Shown here one piece after another: positions 12,312 to 25,940 of a stretch of 49,345 nucleotides of DNA. Source of the DNA: Girardia tigrina (Eukaryota); NCBI GenBank assembly GCA_001938485.1, contig MQRK01243953.1:1-49345 (forward strand), read 5' to 3'. The position numbers and the translations under genes are program-made. Within the stretch, counting starts at the first letter, position 1. Every line of letters starts with the position of its first letter. Under the pieces are notes generated by a model. It searched no databases, was not told where the DNA came from, and was given only the letters and a program-made list of their open reading frames with translations.

Positions 12312-13325
12312 CTTCATCAAACCCGGTAACCGAATTATGTAACTGCAGAATAAGAACGAGTATGTCTGATTATGAATATAGACAAGACGAAAATCATTGT
12401 CAGAAAATATTTTAATATGTTGTCATAATAAATCATTTCGAAATTTTTGATTAAATTTTATTTAGCAATTCAAATAATGTTGAATATTCATTTGCACTGA
12501 TATATTCTCGACACAAGCTTTTTAAAATACATAATTCCAACATTAACTCTTTTCGTGTTGCGTTAGTGTATGCATACATTCATTGGTGTGTACTCGCGTG
12601 CCTGTTCCTATGTGTGTGTCCATCAATCTGACAAGTTGCATTTTAATGACAATTGGTGTCGAAAATTAGTTATGCGTGGTTTGGTATTAAAATTTACATC
12701 TCGTATATTCGTACTTGTATAACCTCCGTTGATATCGTTTCTGTACTTTAGATTGTGGAGACCGTGTGTGTGCCTGCGACACACCGACTACACAACTCAT
12801 GCAACTTACACTGACACGCGCACTTCGCTCTACCTGTCTGATTTCACTGAATTTGATATTTTACCCATTTTTGTCCATATTACTTTTACTTTCTGTTAGA
12901 ATATTTCAAATAAATTCTAATTATTCCATCAATGAATATTCTTATATTGAGATACTTTCGAATATTTTCGTTGGTAAAATCGACTGAATTATGATATTTA
13001 TATTTCTATATTTATTCTAATTAATTCTATATTTATATTGAGATATTTTCCATAAAATTTGTTTATATTATAAGGTTATATTTCATTGAAAATATTATAG
13101 ACGAAGCGTTTAAGAAAATATGAACATAGACATTTTACTTTTAATATGAAACATTTATTCAAATATCAAAAATTCGCTACAGATTTTCTTGTTTTTGAGT
13201 ATTTGAAGATTTTTAGTTCCTAAAAAACAGATAATTTGTTAGTTTTTCACATAACGACCCACTTGAAGAATTTCCAAGATGATCGAAATGTATTATACGT
13301 ATAGATTGAAGTAATTAATCTAAAT

Positions 13326-13642
13326 CAGTGTTTCTCAACCTATCCTCTGCTATCGATTTCTCAGATTGACAGAGAGATTCGACTATTCCAAGAGCGTATT
13401 ATTAATGTTAAACAATAATTTATACTTCGACAGGTTTCCTGATATTAGTGAAGGGAATCGCTGATCTTTATTAAAAATTTCCTAACAGTATTTAATAGAT
13501 CTCAATTAGTTCAATCAAATGATGTTATGAAGTCTTACATAATTTCTATAAACTTCAAATTAAAAGATAAAATTATCGACTCTCCATTTACACTTTTTGT
13601 AGGTCCAAAAGTCGGCGTAAGAACTCACTTTGAGAATCATTG
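13326..13642. mobile_element. hAT (Charlie/Buster-like) MITE
   Basis: TIRs CAGTGTTTCTCAA / TTGAGAATCATTG (11/13) and 8-bp flanks ATCTAAAT / ATTTAAAT (7/8). Confidence 0.75.
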
Positions 13643-13964
13643 ATTTAAATCACAAATGTTTCGGATTGGAATTAAGTAGTTAAAATTAAAAAAAGTAAGA
13701 AATTTTAATAAATTTAAAAGTTTATAATAATAATTTATGATTGTAAAATTGTGAGTTTTTTATGTGCAATTTGTTTGTCTGCGCTAAATCAATGTGCTTG
13801 ATTGTTTTTGTTTATATTACTTTGATGTATATTTTTGCTGAGTGAATAAAATTCGAGTCTTTGAGTTTGAATTTTTGAACGGAGTTGTCTTGATAAACAA
13901 AATAAATTTTTAAATTAGTTATTTCAAAGAACTAAAATGAACATTTCAAATTAGTTATTGTAAT

Positions 13965-14510
13965 AGAGCCCTGGAAATGTGTTCCAATGGCCTGAATTTA
14001 TCGGATTTGATTTTGATGACAAAATGAATCTCTTTAAAAACTAACCAAATTGTTTGACTACATTCTCTCTACAGATTTTCTTGCTTTCGACAAATAATTG
14101 GAGCACTAGAGATTTATGTGTTAGGTGAGAGGTCGCTGTATCGAAACAGCACTGAAATATCAATCTAAATAAACTGGTGGAGGGTTATTCAAATGTGATG
14201 AGACAGATGGAAGTTGATTGCAAGAGCCAAACTTCAGAAATTTTCAAACTGTATTGTGCTCAATATTTCACCAATATTATTTATTTATCGAACACCGACC
14301 ATTTCAGTCTAACTGACTGGTGCATGAAACGTATTCTCACTGATATAAAGAAAACAGCCAATGAAGATACTGTTGACATGGCTATTGCATCTAGCTGTCT
14401 CGCCGTAACAGGATATCGTGCGGGGCACTGGTATGGATCCCAGTCCACTTATACCCCTCATTGTGTACGTATCCATGTCTGATCAAGACAACTAATTTGT
14501 AGCAGATATT
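13965..14510 (+). mobile_element. Degenerate coding fragment, possibly Academ-like transposon
   Basis: Coding-like composition and weak resemblance of YVLGERSLYR and ANEDTVDMAI to PIN-like nuclease motifs of Academ elements. Assignment is tentative. Confidence 0.25.
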
Positions 14511-14589
14511 TCAAATAAATGGTTACTTGAACGTAGTTTGGACCGCGTTTAATTTACTTATTTTTTATTAAATAAAAAATTCTTAAGCC

Positions 14590-14643
14590 AATCAAAGTTT
14601 ATTAATTTCGACGGTTTAACCGTCATCGTCAGAACAAATGATT
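14590..14643 (-). ncRNA. Minimal hammerhead ribozyme, mirror copy in the inverted pseudo-LTR
   Basis: Reverse complement of 17254-17307. Confidence 0.7.
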
Positions 14644-17253
14644 TTTCAAACGAAATTTACTAAAATAGTGCAGTTAGTGATTGTGCAATCAATATGTAAT
14701 TGTACATCATTTAAAAACTCTTAACAAAGTTGTAGAGAATGCAGTTTGAACGTTAATTTTAGGATCCATAGATCCTATATATAACGCTTCACATGTCACT
14801 CTCCCAATAATTTTTAAATTGAGTGCACAAATTTTAAAGTGTTGTGAATTTATATCTCCTTTACAATGTCTTCTATGTCCTGCAATGTTCATTGCGACTG
14901 TGCTCCTAGCTTCTCTTACAGAGATGACGTAAAGTCTCTCCAATGTATGTGGCGTTACACCCATTATATGTATATTGGTAAATGAGATCCGAACACAATC
15001 ATAATGGCGTTGGAAATTTATTGCCGAACATACTTTCAATTTTCTGGGTACAGGATATTACTTTTTATTTCAATTTATTCACAATTATTTTCTTCATGCG
15101 CTATAGCCGTTCAAGAAGGAATTGAAATTATTTTCTTCTTTAAGAAGAAAGGAATGGGATATTAGGTTTTTGGAGACATGTATCGAAGAGAGGATTATTC
15201 CTTCTTTTATATTTAAGAAGAAATTTCATGAATGCCTAGAGAATGAAGAAGTTCGGAAAATTCAGCACAAGATCCTGAGAAGAATGTTGGAAAAATAAAA
15301 GTAAAGACGAAACGAAATTATCATACATCTGACAATCAATCGAAACCTCCTTAATAATGTAAGTGGTGATTTTTGTTATCAATTATGTATAAGTATGTCT
15401 GAAAATTCTTCTAATAAAGCCATTAATGATACAATTATTGCACAGAATAAAAAGTTGTCTAATTTGTGTAAATTGTTTGGTGTTTTTAAATTTAATGTTA
15501 AAAATACCGTTTTAAAATTAAGTAACTTTGATTTAACCGATGATGAATTAAATATATTAAAGTATGGTCCAAAGCGTGGCATTAGAAAGAAAATTAATAA
15601 ATTTAAACATTAAGCCGAGGTTGAAACATTGTTTAATTTTTTAATTATGAATGTTTCAAAATTAAATAAAAGCGTGGATTTGAAGATTTAAAACACGTGT
15701 TTTTTAATAGTACAAATAAATATTTGAAACAAAATGAAAATCAAAGTAATAAAGAATTTTCAATATTAAAAAATATAATTAAAAAAAGGTAAGTATTTGT
15801 AAATTTGACAAGGGAAATGAATTAGTAATATTGAATGATTTTGATTATAATAAGAAAATGAATGAAATACTAGTGTTCTCAATTTAAGGAAATCGAAAAA
15901 TTTAGAAAAAATGGAAAATTGCCCCAATTGAAAGATGACGAATATTTGACTTCCCTATTATCAAAATTGGCTAATAATAATCATATAAATAAAGATGTCG
16001 CGAAGAAATTAAAGCCAGTAGGATCACAACCTGCTAAACTTTATAGTTTACTTAAGATACATAAAGATGATGTTCCAATGCGTCCAGCATTGTCGATGAT
16101 TAGAACATCACAATATAAAATTGCAAATTTTTTCGATGTCATGTTGAAACCTTTAATTCCAAAAGGTTGTGGGTGTCTTGATAGTTTTGAATTTGTGGAT
16201 TTTATTTCAAAATTTGATATTAAATATAATGATGAAATTATGGCATCTTTTGATGTTGTCAGTTTATTTACAAACGTTCCATTGAAAGAGACTATTGATT
16301 TGTGGTGCAATCTTTGGAGAAGTAATAAATCATAGTATACTTGATGAAGTTGCATTTCGTGAATTGTTAAGTTTTGCCACGTCAGATGTGCATTTTTTGT
16401 TCAATAATGACTATTACAGAAAGTAAACTGACACGGGGTTGTATACAACACCGATCAGTTTCTGTGAATCCAAATATCGTCGAAATATGATTAAAGGTCT
16501 TATTTTTCGCTCATGGGCTCTTTCATCTACATATAAAGGATGTAATGACAGCCTTAATAAATTAAACAAATTATTATATGATAACGGGTATTCAAAATCG
16601 ATAGTACAGAAATTAACAAAGGAAACTATTGATAAATTAATTGACAAAAAAATAATACTAAAATTTTAGATGTTCAAGATCAAGAGCAATCTTGCAACAC
16701 TAATGATAAAAGTTTGGAAATTGGTTATGTGTTAACTGTACCATATTCAGAAGGGTTTAAAATATTTAAAAATTCTATTTTGAAAGCGTTAGATAATGCA
16801 ATAAGTTTAAAAGTAATATCCCGTACCCAGAAAATTGAAAGTATGTTCGGTAATAAATCTCCAACGCCATTTGGATTGTGTTCGGATCTCATTTACCAAT
16901 ATACATGTAATAGGTGTAACGCCACATACATTGGAGAGACTTCAGGTCATCTCTGTAAGAGAATCCATGAACACAGTCGCAATGAAGGTGGAAGTAACAT
17001 TGCAGGACATAGAACATGCTTTGTAAAGACATTGTAAAGGAGCTATAAATTCACAACACTTTAAAATTCTGTGCACTCAATTTAAAAATTATTGGGAGAG
17101 AGTGACATGTGAAGCGTTATAAGATCTTTGGATCCCAAAATTAACGTTCAAACTGCATTCTCTACAACTTTGTTAAGAGTTTTTAAATGATGTACAATTA
17201 CATATTGATTGCACAATCACTAACTGCACTATTTTAGTAAATTTCGTTTGAAA

Positions 17254-17307
17254 AATCATTTGTTCTGACGATGACGGTTAAACCGTCGAAATTAATAAAC
17301 TTTGATT
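17254..17307 (+). ncRNA. Minimal type I hammerhead ribozyme in the Penelope pseudo-LTR
   Basis: AATCAtttGTT-CTGACGA-T-GACGGT(taa)ACCGTC-GAAA-TTAA-TA-AACttTGATT. Confidence 0.72.
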
Positions 17308-18141
17308 TGCTAAAGAATTTTTTATTTGATAATTTGCCAATTTATTTCAATTTATTCACAATTATTTTTTATTGATTTAACTTTCGAATTTTTCTTCTTC
17401 AAGGATAAAATATTTTGATTTTTGTTGCAAATTCTCATGGACAACATAGAATTAATTTTCTTGTTTCCTTGCAACGTTTCATAAAGAAAATTTTATCACA
17501 TAATTTATTTGCATATTTTTTAATATTTTGTTATAATATGGGAGAAAAATGATCATGAGTACTGTGTAAAAATACTGTAAACGTTTTGAGCACAATGTGA
17601 AAAATGATTAAAATTATGCAAACGATGCATTTCAAGCACTCTTATAAGTAAAGACAGTTAAGGAATTTATCAAGTCTTTTGAGTAAAGTTCATACATCAA
17701 AGAATATCTGTTTCTTCATTACAATAAAAGTTCAATTTTTTCTCAAATACCTTTTAGTTCCTTTGTCTGTTTTCGAATGCATTTGATACAAAGAAACTTA
17801 AAATTATGTCAAAATTCTTCTCTGAATAAATTTTATTCAAAGCACTCATAAAAATCAGTTATAAACGTTTTAATTATTTACTTGAAAGTAATTGAAACTT
17901 TTCCGAAAACCTGTAACTTACTAAGTGGTAAAATTAAATTTATACTAAATGCCTTTATAAAAGTATATGTGCATTATTCGACTCTTATGCATAAATTTTT
18001 TATTAAATATTATTATTAACTAATCTTGGCCTCAAACAGTGTTATATTGATCTTTTTTATTTATAAAATATATATTTTCAGTCGATCTCTATGATGTCTT
18101 ACCCCATCAAATCACCTTTCCTTCTGGTCATAAAAAGAATT

Positions 18142-19910
18142 GGTCTGTATTTTTACTTTCAGTAAAAAAATAAAACTCAGTATTATTTTAATTGATTTCT
18201 CAGTATTTTATTAATTTTAAGAAAGTGTCTTAAATGAATTTTGATCCATAAGGCAAAACATTTTTCAGTAAAAAAATCATTTATGTAGTATTAAAATATA
18301 ATAGTCTAAGTAACAAATTATATATTTATCAGTATTTATTAACAATATTATAAGTAATTATAAGTAGTATTTATTAAAAATATTAAGTATTCATTACTAA
18401 TTTAATTGTACAAATGTAAAAAGATAATTTTAGGTAATTATTAACATATCAAATAAAAAAACTGAAATTGAAAAAAAATATTCAATGAGTAAAGTTATTG
18501 TCGCTTTTTTAGGACGACCATGCTTTCTTTTCTCTCCAATCGGTATGTGTTTTGCTTCAGCTGGTGGTTTTATGAGTTTTAAACGAATTGCTAGGCAAAG
18601 AAGATGTTTGTATATAAAATATTTGAGAAAGTAAGGCCAAGTGCATGAGCCGGTTCGCCAATGCTCAATGTCGTGATGCAGAATAACAATCCAGGTAGCA
18701 AAAGCTCGCCTCCTGAACTGGTCGAAAGTTGCCCAGAGGATTCTAAATTTTTTAAATTGTATTGAATAATTTGAAAGATAAATGTAAAAGCCTCCTGTTT
18801 CTCGTTCGAAGATATGCAAATGTAACACGGATAAAATTGCCTGTCCATATCACTAACACCAACAACCACAACTGGCATTCCTTCGAAGTTCAGCTTGTAC
18901 GTGGCATCGGCGTGCAACTTGTCAGATTTTGTAGCATTCTTCATCAAACGTTTCGTTTAAATTACAACTTGAAATGAACGACCACAGTCGTCATCATCAT
19001 CATCGTAGTAATCATCTTCATCAATGCTTATTTGAAATCCGATAACAACAGATTTGTCTTCATCATCGTCATCCACACTTGAATATTCTTGACACCAACA
19101 TTCCAGTTCACCGAGGCTGATCTTAGACGGTCCATATTTTTCAGAAAGCAATTTATTTAAATAGTACTGGACCTGGGATTTATTTTTGATCGTCATGTAT
19201 TGTTCTCTAAGCTTTTCAAGTATTTTTTTCGCCTTCGCGTTCAACTCAAACAGACGTTTTATTTCTTCTTTGACTTCAACAGTATGGTCTCTTGCTTGTT
19301 GACCAGCTTATGAGTGGTCTTCCTGTATTCGAAACAAATATATATGCTCGTTAGTACTCTTGAATAGTAGATAAATGCTAAAATTGCACTATGCATCGTG
19401 GTATTTCATTCGTTTGCAGCGATAGTAAAATTTGTCACCATCAACAGTTTTGTTCGTGCAATGGTACGCCCAATGATTTTCTCCGTTTATAAGATTCAAT
19501 AGCTTGTTGTTTCGTTTCAAATTCACCGTCGCAGATCCAGTTACAATTTCTCTTATACCTTTTAGTTTTTTTCAGCAGTTTTCGCTTGCTCGAGTTCTAA
19601 TTCACTTTCGCTTGGATGTTAAGGAATATTATTTTGAAGCCATTACAAAAGATTTATTGATTTTTTTTTAATTTAATAATTTTTATTAACTGAGTTATTT
19701 TTTTTATTTGTTGTTCTAATTATTTATTTATCAGTACTATTTTTTAATACGGAGCGGTTAATTTAAATATTCAGCATTTTAAATAAATACTGAAATCTTA
19801 ATACTGATAAATTGATTTTTTTCTAAGTGTTCTATTTAAAACACTGAGAAATCAATTTTAAAAAATACTAAGAGTTTTATTTTTTTTTCTGAGCCAAAAA
19901 AATAGTCGTC
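18142..19910 (-). mobile_element. MULE (Mutator-like) transposon, decayed
   Basis: Perfect 9-bp TSD AAAAGAATT (18133-18141, 19911-19919), imperfect G...C TIRs, and transposase motifs LHADATYKLNFEGMPVVVVGVSD, SWIM-like SCTWPYFLKYFIYKH and AT-hook-like GRPKK. Confidence 0.92.
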
Positions 19911-19920
19911 AAAAGAATTA

Positions 19921-20090
19921 CCGTAATATCACACATATAAAGCGCGACTTATCAGAGAAAAAAATGAAAGTTAAAAAGAAACAAAAGTATTTGCGACTTA
20001 TACGACCTATATCATAAACGCGGCTTATCTGTCAAAAAAGTGCATTTTTAAAAAAAATCTCATGTGCGACTTATCTGCATGATAATACGT
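19921..20090. mobile_element. pogo/Tigger-like MITE (~170 bp)
   Basis: TA on both flanks; imperfect TIRs CCGTAATATCACACATATAA / TTATCTGCATGATAATACGT; internal GCGACTTAT repeats. Confidence 0.65.
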
Positions 20091-21015
20091 TATTAAAAAT
20101 TTGATTGTATAAAATTAATTGAAAATACTCAACGAAGTTTTAGAAAGTAGGTTGAAGTTTACATTAATTTATACAAATTTCTTTATACTAGTTTATCCAT
20201 CACTTGAAGATCAAGCAATGTAAAGTTACTTAGTCAGTTAATTATTTAGTAACTTCCTTATAATTTATAGTTTTTTTAATATAAAAATATTATAATAAAT
20301 TAAAAAAACAAATGCAAAAGTAAATAAGAATATGAAGTTATTTTAAAAATAGAATTCTAACAGCAAGAAAACTTCAAATGATTTCAGTTATATTTTGAGT
20401 TCATATTTTAATGAAATATATCAGGATAAAATAATAATTGACCCAAATAATGTAAAATAATCATCAGAAAGGTTCTTTTAGAAGACCGGGAAGTGTTTAA
20501 GAATATCATGTTGTCTAATTAGTAAGTCGTGTTTCTAGGAGACCTCATCTTCTCGACAACAGAAGACTTGTCTGAGTTTCTTTAGTGTCTGCGATGCATT
20601 GATTTATTATATTATAATAAAGTCGATAATATTCCCGGATAATGTTTAGTTTTCATCTGGATGAATATACTAATATAATACCTTAATGTGTAATGTACAT
20701 AAATAATATATATTTAAAAGATATATATATATAAAGATAATCGACACTTTCAACAAGTTATCATATTCACATATGATAAGTGAAATATTTTTGTATATCC
20801 TTTTGATTGTTGAATGTTGAAAGAATTTGTTGAAAGTTATGTTTATTAGATTGGATTTTTACTTTAATGTTGAATCGTTTTACATTTTGTAGATTTAAAT
20901 AATATTTGTTCTATTTTTTAATGAAAGATATTTGTCAAATTGAAATATTAATGGTATTAAAATATTAAAATCTTTTATTAAAGAACATTTTCTTCATAAA
21001 GGTAATTTTTTTCAG

Positions 21016-21200
21016 AAATTCAATTTGTTATCTATGTCTATGATGCCGTGACGAAGAAGTTAAAGGTGAACTATGAATCACCATTATTTGAAGCAAAGAA
21101 AGATGGAGCGAGAACTTTGAAATTATGTTTGGAAAAAGATTGTTACATTAGAGATGATTTAAAATTTCAGTTTATTTTAAAATCGAAATTTGGGAAAAAA
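21016..21200 (+). CDS. PTEN: PTEN exon C (C2 domain)
   Basis: tttcAG acceptor and GTtagt donor; phase 1 matches exon B. IQFVIY...IRDDLKFQFILKSKFGKK resembles PQFVV...VCGDIKVEFFHKQNKMLKK. Confidence 0.85.
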
Positions 21201-22172
21201 GTTAGTACTTTACTTTTAGATGAATGTCACAAACTTATTCTTGTGTTTTCTTAACTTTAAATAAATATTTTTTAATGTAAATATTATGCATATTATTTAT
21301 AAAGTCTTTATCTTTTAATTTATATTTTGAGGCTTGTAAAAAGATTTATTTATATTAAAAGAAAGAAATACTAATACTACTACTAATTATTATTATTAAA
21401 TTTTTTTGAGAACGATATTAAAACAAATTATATCGAATTGAAAATTTTTATAAATTAATAATAATTAAAAACTTTAAAAAATAACTACATGGCTCTAGAA
21501 AGTTTTTGTCAATTTGGTATAATTGTAATTTTTTCTAGTTAAACAGTGTTTACTTGCACTAGTAGTTACATACTAAAAAAATACATAATTTCTGATGAAA
21601 TTAATTATGAAAGTCTACAAAATAAAGTAAAATAGAAAAAAATTGAATCAACGTGTTTAGAAGGTTAATGCAGCTCAAATTTCTTTTGGTATTTAATAGG
21701 TCTGACAATCAATTTAGTGATAATCACTTGAATACTTCTTTTGTATACTCATTTAAGTTTTTTTAACCATTTAAGTTTCCTAGGCCTGTTTAAGGTAAAA
21801 CCGTGATAAATAAATACTGGTATAAAAGAATATTACATTTACCTTTAATTACATAAATAATACCTATGTAGAAAAAAAATTTTAGTTCTTGAATCAGTCA
21901 ATGTATTATTAATAATTACTATTCATTTATATCTTTCAGTATTGACTGATTTTGTTTGGTACGATCATTTGTATAATTCAGATAATATTTTGATAAATAT
22001 CACCCATGGAGTTTGTTACTTTATCCATCAGACCATCACTAACAAATAATACCAATCAATAAATGGTAATGTAAAACGTATATTTGTACAACACCAATTT
22101 TAGTCTACTTTGATTCTTATCCAAACATTGCAACAAAATTATTCCATATATTAAAAATTACAATTGTATATA

Positions 22173-22176
<4 letters not shown>

Positions 22177-22204
<28 letters not shown>
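22177..22204. repeat. (TA)n microsatellite
   Basis: Direct reading. Confidence 0.9.
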
Positions 22205-22958
22205 TTAGTTACCAAGAGACATTGGTGGATCAATCAAGATACAAAATCAAAATAAATCTTGAAAATGATTATTCGAACAAATGTCTTCATTTTCCAATAA
22301 CATTTATTATTTTTTAATTTTTAAATTATTAGATATTCGTTTGAAAAATTAATATTTTTTGTTTCTTAAATTCAAAATTTATTTTATCAACATAAATTAA
22401 AATTTTTGATTTTTTTACATAAAATACTTTATTTTAATTTCCTTTGAAATTAACAATGTAAAAATATTTTAAAATAAAATTATATTACAGAAACTTAGGT
22501 AGTTTATGTTTTTAATTTATTTATAAAATATTTCATTAAATTGTGAAAATTTTCTTTAATTCAAATTTTTAAAACATTTTTAAATAAAACCGTTAACATG
22601 GTAATTTAAATTTTTGTAAAAGATGACATATATATAAAATTTACTTTAACTTATTACTTCATAACGAATTAAAATTTTAATGGATTATTAAATATTTCAT
22701 TAATTTTTACAAATGCCAACTCTGTTCAAATGATCGATTTATGCAAATACAATGAAATACAAATGTTGCAAGGGAGTTGGAGAATCACATTACCAAATCC
22801 AATACACTCAAATGAACACATGACTTTCACACATAAATTGAAATATTTTTCACAAAGATAATTAATCTAATTAAGTTTTCATTTGGAAACATGGTTTTTT
22901 ATTTATAGTTGTTTTTAAAAAAGACAACTAATTATCAATTAAATCTTATTATTTTTAG

Positions 22959-23228
22959 GAAAATTTATGTCATTGTTGGATGAACACATATTTTATTGTT
23001 AATAAACCGGCAATTCAGTCACTACCTGATGGATCAGAAATTTCCTCAAACCGAAAAATTGGTAGATTTAATTCCGAAAGTCATGATAGTGCTAAGTTAA
23101 CTTCACGACTTCACGTGGATGTTGAATCACCAGTCGAACTGCAGACCTATAAATTATCTCTTAGCAAACATGAAATTGATAAGGCCAACAAAGACGCAAA
23201 TTGTAGAACGTTTCCCTACAATTTTACC
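22959..23228 (+). CDS. PTEN: PTEN exon D (C2 domain)
   Basis: ttttAG acceptor and GTaaat donor. ENLCHCWMNTYFI...LSLSKHEIDKANKDANCRTFPYNFT matches DKMFHFWVNTFFI...[25 protein letters not shown]. Confidence 0.93.
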
Positions 23229-23269
23229 GTAAATTAGTATTTTGTGTTATTTATTTTATTTGTGAATAG

Positions 23270-23344
23270 ATAACATTCGCTTTTCAAAAGGTGTCGACCT
23301 TTCTATCTAATACTGCCTCAGATCCTCCTCCTATTAAACCACGA
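23270..23344 (+). CDS. PTEN: PTEN exon E (last C2 strand and start of tail)
   Basis: Follows a 41-nt GT-AG intron in phase 0; ITFAFQKVSTFLSNTASDPPPIKPR. Donor GTaata at 23345 is inferred. Confidence 0.7.
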
Positions 23345-23559
23345 GTAATATATTTGGAAAATTTATTTATTTATCTTTTTGAATTTTTATTTTCATAACT
23401 GTTTTTATGCTATCAGATTACGAATTTAGGATATTTAAAATAATTTTGTTTTCTTTTAAAGAATGTTTAGGAATTAAGTTTGTGAAAGATTGTTTATTTG
23501 AAATTAACTGACATATTCTTAAACAAATTATAATCCGGGTCATTATTTGTAATTATTAA

Positions 23560-24050
23560 AAAGTGGCATATCTAAATCATAATATACTAATGTGATAATC
23601 GTCACACAATGTCGGACCACCTAACTGTGTGTTTCTTTATGAACTCTACGTATCAGGTATCAAAAAAAGTAATTGACATTTTTCCTGTTGCCGAATTAAA
23701 GAGGGTAATTAAACTAATTTATAATTGGGCAGTTTTATTTGCATAATCCTGAAAATCCATATATTATAATATTTTCCAGGTCAATGTGTTGAAAAATGAT
23801 TAAGTCGATGTGTTTACTTGCAGTATACATTGATCAAATAATTCAATTGTAAAGGGTGTAAAAATGACATAATGATTCTATTTTTAGCTTTTATCTAAGA
23901 ATTCCAAGAATCATCATTATAATTGCCAAGAGTTCAATTAAAGCGCGAATTAATTATTGATTAATTTTCACCTTCAATAGCGTATTAAAGTTTTTATCTT
24001 CGTTCATAATATTTGTTAATTTTTGACACCTGTCCATTTTTATCTTACAA
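23560..24050 (-). mobile_element. Highly degenerate fragment, possibly protein-primed DNA polymerase B (Maverick/Polinton-like)
   Basis: Frameshifted pieces EFIKKHTV/GGPTLC and YNIW resemble pPolB motifs; no long ORF. Confidence 0.25.
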
Positions 24051-25940
24051 CATAATTTTAGTTTTTTTATTTATATCTTTGTAAGCTGTGGTATTTTTGT
24101 ACTACAATGTATTATTTATTTAACTTGATCATTTTCTTAGTTACGTTTTATTAATTCATATGTGATTTCTGTTATTTAAAGATTTTTATATGAAAATTTC
24201 CTGTCAATTGAATCAGAAGTATGACAAAAAAAGAAGACAAAGATTAAAGTTAATGAAATCAGAAAAGAAGACAAATTATTTTTTATATTATTAGTTATAG
24301 AAAGAAAAAAGAAAGAAAAGAAAATGAATCAAATTATTTTTTTATTATCGTCGCAAATGGTAATAATAATTACCATGTTAATAATTTTGAATTTAAAACT
24401 AAATCGATAATAAATAAGTCGATTTAGTCATAAATAATATTATGACTATAAATTGACGTTCAGTATACAAGCTGAAGAAATTTACTGACATTGACTGAAT
24501 TCATTTATTGCTGAAACAGTTCTTATCATTTTTACGAAATTACTTTCATCACCGAAACATTCACGATTTCGATTCGCTACCGATTGTATATTTGACGACT
24601 AACCTTTAATAATTACGAGTGGTAATTATTTATATTGTGTTTCAGTGTTATACTGTTATTAAAAAGTTTTGTTAACAATTTTGATTATTTTTTGGAGTTA
24701 TTTCTTTTTTTTGTAAGGTTACCTAATAGCTTTAATATTCGGTCAGTTTAGTATGTTAGTTCTTTTTATATATCATAACTAATTTATCTGATAAAACCTA
24801 CAATTTCTTTTTTGTTTCGTTCAGAGGATAAATTGCGAGTTTTACAATATTCATTATATTAAAACATGTCTGTTTTTATTTTCTTTATAATTTACGTATT
24901 TCTTTTTATTTTTAATCTGAGTAATTTCTTTCTATTCGTTTTTTTCAACATATGTTCTTCTAACTAAACTTTTTGGCCGTTTTATACGTCGTAAATTCGT
25001 AATGTTAAATAATTAATATTGTCGAATGTAAAAGTAATTTAAAGATTATGATTTTTTAATAAAATTTATTTTTAAATTATCATGTAAAAAATTTTAGTTT
25101 TATTTTTTTACTAAAAACCTGTTTTTCTTTCTCTTCTCATCAAGTACTACCCCAGAATACTACATGATAATTATACATCATATACAAAGATGTTAAAGTC
25201 TCTCTACTGACCCTGCTTGTGTTATACAAATTCTCTTATTCAGAGTATATTAACCATTACAACAACATTACTAATTTCTCTTTTACTGCAATATGGAGTC
25301 ATCTTTGGTTCATCTATGTAAACATTTTAGACTCATCATTCTTCAACAACGATGTACCACTTGAAAATAAGCAAGACATGCTTGAACCACCTATTAGATC
25401 AAGTAAAAGGTAGATATAAAAATTAATCGGAAAGAAATGGTTGATATGCAAAAGTGACAACGGGGAGCTAGATAATATCGAGAGAGATTCAAAGGACTGC
25501 TCGGCATGCTGACAATTGACTTCAGTTTTGCTATATCAGTAGTATGATATTAACAAATAACCTTCAGTCGTCAATGATACTACTAGGTTTGCAGTAAAAC
25601 TAGCAAAGACATTATTGAGATACATAACACTGATTTGCAGGTTATCAAGGAACAGTGCTGATTGTAAGGAGCATTAGCACATGATTAATGAATTACTGAA
25701 CTATTTATGAGTTCATTGAACAATATTATGTAAAAGTGACAATTTTGTTTTCACGCAATGCTATTTACTCTTCAAGAAGCCATATGTTGCGTACAAATGG
25801 TCATGTGAATTTATAATTTATTCACAGTTACACCTGTTTTTTGTTTTTTTTTGATTCCATTTTAAATAATGTATCAGATTTAATAGTACAGTTACAGAAT
25901 CTTAATATCAGCTGAAGAAACTACTTTCGACAATGGACTT

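Larger units (their letters stand above)
14571..17369 (+). mobile_element. Penelope-like retroelement (RT + GIY-YIG) with inverted 5' pseudo-LTR, decayed and internally deleted
   Basis: RT motifs LYSLLKIHK...MRPALS and MASFDVVSLFTNVP; GIY-YIG motif LIYQYTCNRCNATYIGET...HEH. 14571-15064 is the reverse complement of ~16808-17330. The RT core is deleted near 16415. Confidence 0.92.

Noticed and set aside
12543-12850. TTAA-CTCTTT / TTAA-CCCTT piggyBac-like starts (also ~31827 and ~40959)
   Set aside because: No matching opposite terminus or transposase could be paired with them.
23345-23398. Read-through of PTEN exon E giving a hydrophobic tail VIYLENLFIYLFEFLFS*
   Set aside because: Expected from translating T-rich intron sequence; no independent support.
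25140-25800. Possible Helitron Rep N-terminal relic on the minus strand (LNNVFASF)
   Set aside because: Only one weak motif and no termini; too degenerate to call.
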